In this document: piece after piece, positions 53,025 to 64,000 of the stretch
Layout of the letters: every line of letters begins with the position of its first letter
Numbering within the stretch: the stretch's first letter is position 1
Assembly: GCA_964016885.1 (NCBI GenBank)
Contig: OZ024765.1
Span: forward strand, 13,206,001-13,270,000
DNA: 64,000 nucleotides
Origin: Eledone cirrhosa
Taxonomy: Eukaryota
Direction: 5' to 3'
Notes under the pieces: generated by a model
Databases searched by the model: none
Seen by the model: only the letters and a program-made list of their open reading frames with translations
Told to the model about the DNA's origin: nothing
Program-made: the position numbers and the translations under genes

Positions 53025-55349
53025 ATAATTGTTTCTACGTTAGGCACAAGGCCAGCAAATTACCAGTGCATTACTGGTACTTTATTTTATCGACCCCGTA
53101 AGGATGAAAGGCAAAGTTCAGACAAAATATAATGATACATGACATACCCATATATATATATATAATGATACATGACATACCCATATATATAATTATATAT
53201 TCGTGTACAGATATTTTTGCATACACAATAACAGAATATAAACAAACGTATTTATTTAACGAGGCTCGATAAAGATAAATATATATTAGATCACTAGAGC
53301 AAATCCCGAGCAACGCCGGGCCATTCTGTTAGTCATATATAAAAGGAAAAATATTTTTAAAAGAATTACGTCCCTTGAAATATTGTTAAACACAAAGTTT
53401 TTCACTGTCGGCCATTGTTTCGTACACAGCTCTATTAAATGGTAAATTATATTTTATAACTGGTTTTTACTGTGATCTAATTAAATAGAATTCATTACCG
53501 ATTATCTGTAATGTAAACATATCTTTTTACCTTTATCACATCTTCCGTATTAAATATGTAAGTCTCATGTACCTATATTATTGTAAATATATCTCTTTAC
53601 CTTCATTTCATCAATATATTGTTACATCTTCCGTATTAAATATGTAAAGTATTATATTTCTATTTTATTGCAAACATATCTCTTTACTTTCACCTTTATA
53701 TTTTGATATGTTAAGTGACATAAATAAAAAAAGAAACTTTACGAAAGTAATGATGCTGTTTTAATATTTCAAATTCTTCGTTTTCCATTCATCACTCCAT
53801 TCCAGTTTTTGTTATTTCTTACGACTGAACATCGACAGAAAGACAAGGTTTGTATTTTTAAACTGCAGTCTTATTTAGACTGTATTTACTTATATTTCTA
53901 CCATGTGATAAGGTTTTAGTGTTGCTAATTAGACATCGATATTAATTCTCCACTCTACCACCTGGTCTGAAATTATCGATTAAACAGATTTAATCAACAA
54001 CATATACTGTCTCTCTACATATATATATGTACATAAGCCGGCGTAATTCTTTATCTCTACTATATATATATAATTCTTTGTCTTGTATTTTTAAACCCCA
54101 GTCTTATTTAGGCCGTATATTTCTACCATATCGAGCAAGGCCATTCCCGTAATGGGATCAGGTCCTTGTCTTCTTTCCTACTTATTAACACTTTGGTTTG
54201 AAGGAGATTTGTTGTTGATGAAAATTACAGCTACGATTCTTGTATTTTGTATTTTATTTTTATTATTTCTAATCATCCCACTCTCAATTAATGATTGTAT
54301 TCCTATAATATATATTAAAAATGAACTACATGATGCTTGGTAAGCTGACAGAATAGTGCCATATCCAACCTTCATACCGCCTTTCCATCACATTCCTATC
54401 TGTATGTCTACCTTTCTCATTCTAATGAACTGAATGGCTTCATTGGGTAGACGCCACCTTCCCATCTTTGCATGAACTGGATAGATGTGGGCTGCATAAG
54501 CCACTGGGATGTCAGCTTATCAAGGAGAACAGTGACTCTGAATAAAAACTAATATAGGGTGGAGAGGGCCCTTGAGTTTGGTCAGGATTTTTTAACCATT
54601 TAGTATTTAAACTGGCCATATCTGGCCAAAATCTCACCTCTTTCTGTTCAAACTGACTGTAAGTGGCTGCTCATACTGATATTAAGGTATTGTTCCCAAA
54701 ATAAATATCAAAATCTCATAGATTTGATATTATGTGAGATAAATCCGTTACCATGAAAATATAATAGTATATATAGAGTAATGTAAATGCTAAAGGGTTG
54801 AACATCAAATTGTTACGGGGGTCCACCACAGAAAAATAAGAATCAAAGAGGTCCATAGGTAAAATAAGGTTGATAATCAGTTTTATATGTTAGATAAATA
54901 TAAACACTTTAAACCAGCTTTAAATATCCTTAAAATCTTACACTGTTTCTCTATTATTTCAGAATATTGGATGACATCAACATTAAAGTATTTTCTATAC
55001 CAGAAACATCAATATTTATTTCACATGTTTTAAAGACTATACAGAACACACATGACCTTGTCTATTTATTAAATCTGTAAATTACTGTGAAATATTTCAT
55101 TTCAACTGAGATTATTTCCAACATTTCTCTACTTTACTGTCTGGAATGTGTTGAAGTTGACTTTGTATTGTGACTAAATTTGGATAAATTAGATAAATTT
55201 ACAAAGGAGTTTGTAACATATTTTGACATCAACATCAAAGTTCATGGAAATATAGCACAAAGAATATTTCTTAAGAATAAATTATAAAAAAGAGGTAATG
55301 TTGGTACAAAAGAATTTAAGACTTACCTGAATACATTTTTGTTGAGGAG

Positions 55350-56573
55350 ATGGCGAATGGACAAGAGAAATCACTATACCTCTGCAATATCTGTAAAAAG
55401 GCATTCTCTCAAAAACATAGCTTAACTCTTCACAAGCATGTTCATACTGGAGAGAAACCATATCGCTGTGATATCTGTGGTAAATCATTCTCTGGAAGAA
55501 ATAACCTGACTTCTCACAATCGTGTTCATACAGGAGAGAAACCATATGATTGTGCTATCTGTGGTAAATCATTTTCTAAAAGAAGTAACTTAAATGCTCA
55601 CAAGCGTGTTCATACAGGAGAGAAACCATATCACTGCAGCATCTGTAGTAAATCATTCTCTGTAAAAGTTAGATTGACTGATCATAAAAGTATTCATACA
55701 GGGGACAAACCATATCACTGTGATATCTGTGGTAAATCATTCTCCATAAGAGCTAACCTGACTTCTCACAATCGTGTTCATACAGGAGAGAAACCATATG
55801 ATTGTGCTATATGTGGTAAATCATTTTCTAGAATAAGTAACTTAAATACTCACAAGCGTGTTCATACAGGAGAGAAACCATATCACTGCAACATCTGTGG
55901 TAAATCATTCTCTGCAAATGATAAATTGACTGATCATATACGTATACATACAGGAGAGAAACCATATCACTGTGAAATCTGTGGTAAATCATTCTCTCAG
56001 AACTGTAGCTTAACTACTCATAAACGTATACATACAGGGCAAAAACCATATCACTGTGATATCTGTGGTAAATCATTCTCTGGAAGTAAAGACTTGACTA
56101 GTCACAAACGTACACACACAGGAGAGAAACCATATCATTGTGATATCTGTGGTAAATCATTCACTGTAAGTAGTACTTTAGCTACTCATAAACGTATTCA
56201 TACAAATGAGAAACCATATCATTGTAATATCTGTGGTAAATCATTTTCTAGAAGTAGTAATGTGACTGTTCACAAACGTACACATACAGGAGAGAAGCCA
56301 TATCATTGTGATATCTGTGGTAAATCATTCTCTCAAAGTAGTGAATTGACCCGTCACACACGTTTACATACAGGAGAGAAACTATATCGTTGTGATATGT
56401 GTGGTAAATCATTCTCTGTAAGCAAAGACTTGACTGTTCACAAACGTATACATACAGGAGAGAAACCATATCATTGTGATATCTGTTGTAAATCATTCTT
56501 GCAGAGTAGTGAATTTACTGTTCATAAATGTATTCATACAAGAGGGAATACTCCAGTTGAGTCTACAGCGTGA
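55350..56573 (+). CDS. C2H2 zinc-finger protein ZNF-9, 407 aa, 14 fingers (subtype C)
   Basis: Near-identical to ZNF-7, 8632 bp downstream. Confidence 0.93.
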   Translation: MANGQEKSLYLCNICKKAFSQKHSLTLHKHVHTGEKPYRCDICGKSFSGRNNLTSHNRVHTGEKPYDCAICGKSFSKRSNLNAHKRVHTGEKPYHCSICSKSFSVKVRLTDHKSIHTGDKPYHCDICGKSFSIRANLTSHNRVHTGEKPYDCAICGKSFSRISNLNTHKRVHTGEKPYHCNICGKSFSANDKLTDHIRIHTGEKPYHCEICGKSFSQNCSLTTHKRIHTGQKPYHCDICGKSFSGSKDLTSHKRTHTGEKPYHCDICGKSFTVSSTLATHKRIHTNEKPYHCNICGKSFSRSSNVTVHKRTHTGEKPYHCDICGKSFSQSSELTRHTRLHTGEKLYRCDMCGKSFSVSKDLTVHKRIHTGEKPYHCDICCKSFLQSSEFTVHKCIHTRGNTPVESTA

Positions 56574-58461
56574 CAGCCTTTCTAACGTTTGTGATGTACT
56601 TGATAAATGCAGCCATTACATGCTTCAAAGTTGATACAAATGGAATCCAGTTGTAGAAAGCTGGTCAAACAAAGAGGACTCTTCAGTTATTTTGAGGAAC
56701 AATCAACATGTTTCTTGGTCATTACCCTTTATCAGGACTGTATACCTCTGCCAAACAAACAGGTGTCGGTTGGTCACCGGCATGGCACAGTTTCAAATCG
56801 GACCGTCTGTTTACAAATGATTCAAACATTATTATTAATGTTCAATATAGCCCATGCATACATATGTATACATATAGATAGACAGTTATGCATATAAAAT
56901 ATTTTATTATTTATTTATATACATACAATGAATTATTAATTTAAAAAAAATTACAATGTATGATTTAATTGTTTGATTATAATGTCTATGAGAGAAAATT
57001 ATTACAATTGATTCAAATTAATGTTAAAATGATTTTAAAAAAAATCTATGTAAATATTTTATTTGTCAACATAACCGTCGTCCTAATGTTACACATAAAA
57101 AGACGGAGGGAGTTGGGTTGCTAACGGCGAGGTTCTAATCTTTACTGGCGCCCTCGCCTAACCCAAGGTTACTTGTGAGGACACTTGTGAGTCTATAAGT
57201 TTAAATTGTACTTATGAAGAAATAATAGACAAATGATACAGATTATTTTAAGAAAAAATGCACATAAATTTTACTAGATATATATTTATATACACATTAG
57301 AATACATGTATATATATATATGTGTGTATACACAATATTTTCATACATATATCTAAAATGGTCCCATTATGGCAGATCTGGCCTGTTGACCACACCAAGA
57401 CGTACTCATAGTGAAGCCCTGGGTTGATCAGTTGGCCGCGCCGTAATTTGGGAGCTGGGTTGTCCCACTATGAGAGTGGTTGAGCCAGTTGTCATGACAA
57501 CATACCAGCCAAGCTCTAAAAATCCAAACGGGAAGTACCATGAAATAAAGTGCCCCAAAATGGGGAGATTTTACATAATGAAAGCTATACTCATTTTCAC
57601 AAGAGAAGACATGTCTCACCGACCGCATAGTGGGTTGGAGACCTCCCCGTCAGCCAGAGAGAATTGACAGGTCTGGTGTCAAGCCTTGTTCATACAGTAT
57701 CTAGGTGGTCCTGATGTGAGACTAGTCTGTCCAGATGGCTGCCTCGTACCTTGCACATGTCAAGACTTACTGTATTTCGGATCTGGTAGGTCCTATTATG
57801 ACAGATCTGGCCAATTGACTGCGTCATGCCTTGCTTATAGTAGGGCCGTGCTATACTTTGCACATATTGGGACACTGCTCACAACAGAACCATAGTTTGG
57901 GGGCTGGGTGGACCTATTATGGGGGAGGTCTACTCAGTTGGCTGTGACATGTCTTGCTCGTGGTGAGGCCGGGTTATTTGGTGGTCCTGTTATAGGACAT
58001 GTCTGTCCAGATGGCTGTACTATAGCTTACACTTATCAGGACTGTTTGCTGACTAGCGGCCCTGTAATATGGGTTCTAGGTGGTCCCTTATGAGGGAGGA
58101 CTGCCTAGTTGGCCACACCATGCCTTACTCGTGGGATATAAATAAATTATATCCATCAATCTGTATACATGTATGTAGAAATAAATGTTTACATACATAT
58201 ATACATTTTTAGACATATATATATCTTTATATATATTTATTTATAAATACATATATATATGTGTGTGTGTGTTTATATTTAAATATGATGATATCAATCA
58301 TCTTTTTACATATATATATATATCAAATATATACAGGGTGTCCCCCAAAAATGTATACTCACTTGAATAGCATCCTACATGTATATGTGTATACAATTTA
58401 GGGGGACTCCATGTATATACACACATTATTTAACGTGTCTTCTACTAATATTGGTTGTAAT

Positions 58462-58649
58462 GGCGGTGGATTGGCAGTATCGGTAGAGGGTCGGACGTCA
58501 TGCTTTACAGCAGAGTTACGTCCCTTAACGTTCTGAGTTCAAATCCCGCCAAGGTTAACTTTGTCTTTCATCCTTACGGGGTCGATAAAATAAAGTACCA
58601 GTAATACACTGGGATAATTGCTGGCCTTGTGCCAAAAAGTAGAAACAAT
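58462..58649 (+). mobile_element. SINE family B
   Basis: Full copy with 11-bp TSD TATTGGTTGTA (58449-58459 and 58650-58660). Confidence 0.9.
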
Positions 58650-58738
58650 TATTGGTTGTACAGATCGTCACAGATAAAAATATTTATTAATTTAGCGCTA
58701 TACATATATATATATGTATATATTTATACATACATGTG

Positions 58739-59180
58739 TGGAGGTACATGGCTTAGTGGTTAGAGCATTGGCCTTGCAATCGAAAGGTTGTGAGTTCAAT
58801 TCTCAGACCGGGTGATGTGTTGTTTCCTTGAGCAAGACACTTTATTTCACAATGCTCCAGTTTACTCAGCTGTAGAAATGAGATGATAGGACTGGGGTCC
58901 CTATCATTCCACTGCAAACTGGTTGTGGAGATGCCACAGCAAAAAAGCACCCAGCCCACACTGCAAAGTGGTCGTGGAGGTGCCACGGCAAAAAAGCACC
59001 CAGCCCACACTGCAAAGTGGTTGTGGAGGTGCCACAGCAAAAAAGCACCCATCACTCACTGTAAATGAGGTTGGTGTTAGGAAGGGCATCCAGCTGTAGA
59101 AATCAAGCCAGAATCAGTTCCCGTCCCACCCTTGCAAGCAGGGAAAAAGCGGACGTAAAGTGAAATGAAATGAAATGATG
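58739..59180 (+). mobile_element. SINE family A with triplicated 49-bp internal unit
   Basis: Full SINE with the unit starting at 58910, 58959 and 59008. Confidence 0.85.
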
Positions 59181-59407
59181 TGTATAAATAAATATACATA
59201 TGTATTTTATTAACAATTTTTGTGTAGAAATTGGTGAATATGTGGAGACTTTATAAAAATTAATATTTTAACTGTATATAAGTGAAATATGTCGAAATAA
59301 AAGTTGTTATTGGAAGATAAATAAAGATACTGTAGATCAAGATTGAATATTTAATGGAATTATTGTCTCTTACTACTCTCGCTGTATTATTGTCTCTTAC
59401 TACTCCT

Positions 59408-59567
59408 CAAGGCCAGCAATTATCCAGTGCATTACTGGTACTTTATTTTATCGACCCCTTAAGGATGAAAGGCAAAGTTAACCTCGGCAGGATTTGAACT
59501 CAGAATGGTAAGGGCCGTAACTCTATGCGTCAAAGCATGGTGTCCGACCCTCTACCGATACTGCCAA
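59408..59567 (-). mobile_element. SINE family B
   Basis: Reverse complement of family B. Confidence 0.8.
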
Positions 59568-60004
59568 AATATAATATAAACTTATAATTAACTAAAGCGT
59601 AATCCAACACAAGCGATATTCACTGATAAATATGAAAAAATGTTTAATTTCTAATTTTGTCTAGCATTTGAATACAACGGTTTTTTTTATTCTCCCCTCT
59701 ATTTTATCTTTTCCTTTTCCTCTTCTTCGTTTTTCTTTATTCCCCTTCTCTTTTTTTTTTCTTTTTTCTCCCCGCATCTTCCCTTTCTTCTGTTTTTATT
59801 TATTTGTTTATTTCCCTTCTTTTTATTCGCATCTTCCATCTCACCCCCCCCCCTTCTATATTTCTACCTTGCTCTACGTCCTCTTCTTCTCTAAGTTTAT
59901 CATATTATTTATGGTATAAAAAGGTTGAGGGCTGGTGAAATAAATCAATGCCAATACTGGAACTGAATAATCAAAACCGTAGCGGTATGTCACATATCAA
60001 ATCT

Positions 60005-60075
60005 TATATATTTTATCTGATGAAAACGTACTTAAACACCATTGTACCTTTGAAATATGTATAATAAAATATATA
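60005..60075 (+). ncRNA. Minimal type I hammerhead ribozyme, H2-related, in a Penelope-like LTR remnant
   Basis: TATATATTTTAT-CTGATGA-AAACGTAC(loop)GTACCTTT-GAAA-T-ATGT-A-TA^ATAAAATATATA, with a 12-bp stem I. Preceded by a pyrimidine-rich tract at 59690-59900. Confidence 0.85.
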
Positions 60076-60359
60076 TTTTGATTATGGAAATATTTTTCAT
60101 TTATTAATATTTTGAATAATATATATATGTATATATATATAAAGATATATATACTCTTATGTGTATACGTCTGACAATGTATATATGTATGTAAACTTAC
60201 ACCTCACCAAGACAATGTCACTGGACCGAGACCTTTGGCGGTACTCAGTAACAGAGAAGACCCGCCTTACCTAAATACATAGCAAAACCTACTACAGCCA
60301 GTAGGCATCTCTAACAAAATACACCCCGTCCCACCACCACCCCGTTCTATGTAAAGTTA

Positions 60360-60643
60360 TGTTGGTGCCACACCATCCAGGCCGAAACAAATGAGATCGT
60401 GTAGGTGTCACGACAAAAAAACACACAGTCCACGCTGTAATGTGGCCGTGTAGGCAACACGGTAAAAACCTCCCAGACCCACACTGTAAATGTGGTTGGT
60501 GTTAGGAAGGGCATCCAACTGTAGAAAACCTGCCAGATAGTCCTATGCGAGCAAGACAATCACTCTTGCCTCAAGTGGGACTACCCCCGTCCAAACCCAT
60601 GCAAGCGTGGAACACGGACGTTAAACGTTGATGATGATGATGA
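60360..60643 (+). mobile_element. Diverged SINE-A-related / RTE-tail fragment
   Basis: GTTAGGAAGGGCATCCA..GTAGAAA and (ATG)n tail. Confidence 0.65.
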
Positions 60644-60999
60644 AACATTTATATATACATATGAATGGACAGTTATGCATATAAAATATTTATTAATTTA
60701 AAAATAATTGCAATGTGTGATTATACTGTCTACAAGAGAAAATAATTTTAATTGATATAAATTAATGATAAAATGATTTAAAAAAAAAATTAAATAAACA
60801 CTTTATTTGTCAACATAATCGTAGTTATAATATTACAAAAAGAAAAAGAGAGAGAGAGAGAGTGGTGATGCTCCTCACGAGGGAGCTTGGCTGTTCCAGC
60901 ACTTCATTCTCGCCATCACCCAAGGAATCTGCTGATGCTCATGAGGGCTCTTGGCTGTTCCCACTGCTTCTCACGATATTATCATCTTTTCCTCTGGCA

Positions 61000-62198
61000 A
61001 ATATATATATATATTATATATATATATATTATATTTATATATTATATATATTATATTATATTATATATATTATATTATAATATATATATATATATATATG
61101 TTATATATATATATATGTTATATATATATATATAAAATATATATATATAATATATATATATTATATATATATAATATATATATATTATATATATATAATA
61201 TATATATATATAATATATATATATAATATAATATATATATATATATTATATATATATTATATATTATATATATTTATATATTATATATATATATATTATA
61301 TATATATATTATATATTATATATATATTATATATTATATATATATATTTATTATATTATATATATTATATATATATATTATATAATATATATATATATTA
61401 TATATATTTATATATTTATATATTATATATATATATTATATATATTTATATATTATATATATATATATTTATATATTTATATATATTTATATATTATATA
61501 TATATTTATATATTTATATATATATATATATTATATATATATATATTTATATATATTTATATATATATATATATATTTATATATTTATATATATATATAT
61601 ATTATTTATATATTATATATATATATATATTTATATATTATATATATTTATATATTATATATATATATATATTATATAAATATATATATATATATATATA
61701 CGATATATATATATACGATATATATATATATATTATATATTATATATATATAATTATATATATTATATATATATATGTATATATATTTATAATTATATAT
61801 ATATATATTTATATATTATATATATATATATTATATATATATATTATATATATATTTATATATTACATATATATATATTATATATATATTTATATATTAT
61901 ATATATATTTTATATATATATTTTTATATTATATATATATATATATTATATATATTATATATATTATATATATTATTTTATATTTATATATATATATATA
62001 TATTATTATATATATTTATATATATATATTATATATTTATATATATATAATATTTATATATATATTATATTATATATATATTTATATTATATTTATATAT
62101 TTATATATTATATATATATATATATATATTATATATTATATATATGTATATTTATATATATTTATATATATATATTATATATATGTATATTATATATA

Positions 62199-62245
<47 letters not shown>

Positions 62246-62343
62246 ATATATATATATTATATTTATTATATTTTATATATATGTATATATATATATATAT
62301 ATATTTATTATATATATATTTATATATATATATATATTATATG
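61000..62343. repeat. Imperfect (TA)n microsatellite, T-skewed
   Basis: Direct inspection. Confidence 0.98.
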
Positions 62344-62795
62344 TATTTATTAAAATAACAGATTAAAGTTTAAGCAAAGAATCGCTGCTTTCACCCTTAA
62401 CGGGATCTTCTGAAACTAACAAAGTCAATCTGTAAACGCAGAACTGGATATTTCAAAAAACGTTGCAACCGGATGTTCCTTGTAGAAATATTCAGATGTT
62501 GTTTCTGCATGATGAATATAAGTCAGTAGAGTGCTCAACCGAAGGAGCCAAATAGTAATAATAATAAAATTGAAGACTAAAATCCAAAGAGGGCTCGATA
62601 AGGAAAATATATATCAAATATATAAGAACCGTAGAGCAAAATATTTATTAAAATAACAGATTAAAGTTTATTTGATATATATTTTCCTTATCGAGCCCTC
62701 TTTGGATTTTAGTCTTCAATTTTATTATTATTACTATTTGGCTCCTTCGGTTGAGCACTCTACTGACTTATATACATCATGCAGAAACAACATCT
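62344..62795. repeat. Repeat element with a 127-bp inverted repeat and a 29-bp direct repeat (Penelope-like architecture)
   Basis: 62494-62620 is the reverse complement of 62669-62795 (one mismatch seen), and 62344-62372 equals 62642-62670. Confidence 0.75.
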
Positions 62796-62831
62796 ATAAT
62801 ATATATATATAAATATATATATATAATATAT

Positions 62832-62863
<32 letters not shown>

Positions 62864-62950
62864 ATATATATATATATAATAATATATAATATATATATAT
62901 ATATATAATATATAATATATATATAATATAAATATATATAATAATATATA

Positions 62951-62988
<38 letters not shown>

Positions 62989-63527
62989 ATATATATAATA
63001 TAATATATATATAATATATATATATCATATATAAATATATATATATAATATATAATATATAAATATATATATATAATATATAATATATAAATTATATATA
63101 TAATATATATATATAATATATATATATATAAATATATATATATAATATATATATATAATATATATATATATATAATATATAAATTATATATATATATATA
63201 ATATATAAATATATATATAATATATTATATATATATAATATATAAATATATATATATATAATTAAATATAATATATAATATATAATATATATAATATATA
63301 ATATATATATATATATAATATATAAATATATATATATATGTAATATATATATATATATATAATATATAAATATATATATATATATAATATATATATATAT
63401 ATAATATATAAATATATATATATATATAATATATTATATATATATAATATATAAATATATAATATATATATATAATAATATAAATATATATATATATATA
63501 ATATATTATATATAATATAATATATAT

Positions 63528-63575
<48 letters not shown>

Positions 63576-63799
63576 TATATATAATATATATATAATATGT
63601 ATAATATATATATATATATGTATAATATATATATATATGTATAATATATAATATAAATATATATATATAATATATATATATATGTATAATATATATATAT
63701 ATATAATATATATATATGTTATAATATATATATAAATATATATATATATAATATATATATATATAAATATATATATATATAAATATATATATATATAAT

Positions 63800-63830
<31 letters not shown>

Positions 63831-63896
63831 ATATATAAATATATATAATATATAAATATATATATATATATAATATATATATAAATATATATATAT

Positions 63897-63927
<31 letters not shown>

Positions 63928-64000
63928 AATATATATATATATAATATATAATATATATATATATATATATATAATATTATATATAATATATATATATTAA
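62796..64000. repeat. Imperfect (TA)n microsatellite, A-skewed
   Basis: Direct inspection. Confidence 0.98.

Larger units (their letters stand above)
52056..53332 (+). mobile_element. Helitron-like element, copy 6 (internally deleted)
   Basis: As copy 5. Confidence 0.65.
1..57189 (+). repeat. Tandem segmental array of C2H2 zinc-finger gene units
   Basis: The landmark GCCATTGTTTCGTACACAGCTC recurs at ~8411, 16805, 24318, 26129, 35101, 44778 and 53409, and introns and flanks are near-identical between units. Similarity ends abruptly at ~57189. Confidence 0.97.

Noticed and set aside
58910-59056. Regular 49-bp repeats, and the 84-bp constant/variable finger periodicity, resembling CRISPR arrays
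   Set aside because: These are a SINE-internal tandem repeat and a protein-coding repeat, with no unique spacers or cas genes, in eukaryotic DNA.
60862-62353. Ile/Tyr-rich ORFs
   Set aside because: They are translations of the (TA)n microsatellite.

Overview
AT-rich eukaryotic DNA, most likely from an octopus (inferred from the effector-less C2H2 zinc-finger cluster, cephalopod-type SINEs and very long (TA)n tracts; not verifiable here). Bases 1-57190 are a head-to-tail array of roughly 7.5-9.7 kb units holding 7 intact poly-C2H2 ORFs (14-24 finger repeats, one coding exon each, all + strand) and 2 frameshifted, promoter-less copies. Most units combine a putative promoter with two non-coding exons, the zinc-finger exon, a decayed CRE-type retrotransposon endonuclease remnant and a non-autonomous Helitron-like element carrying SINE and Penelope-type cargo. 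The main observation the ORF track does not explain is six intact-looking minimal type I hammerhead ribozymes from two sequence families. Five lie about 0.4-0.6 kb upstream of a zinc-finger promoter, and all keep a C-C mismatch at position 4 of stem II. Bases 57190-64000 are a repeat-rich flank (SINEs, a Penelope-like LTR, a 127-bp inverted repeat, (TA)n). All calls come from reading by eye; no searches were run.
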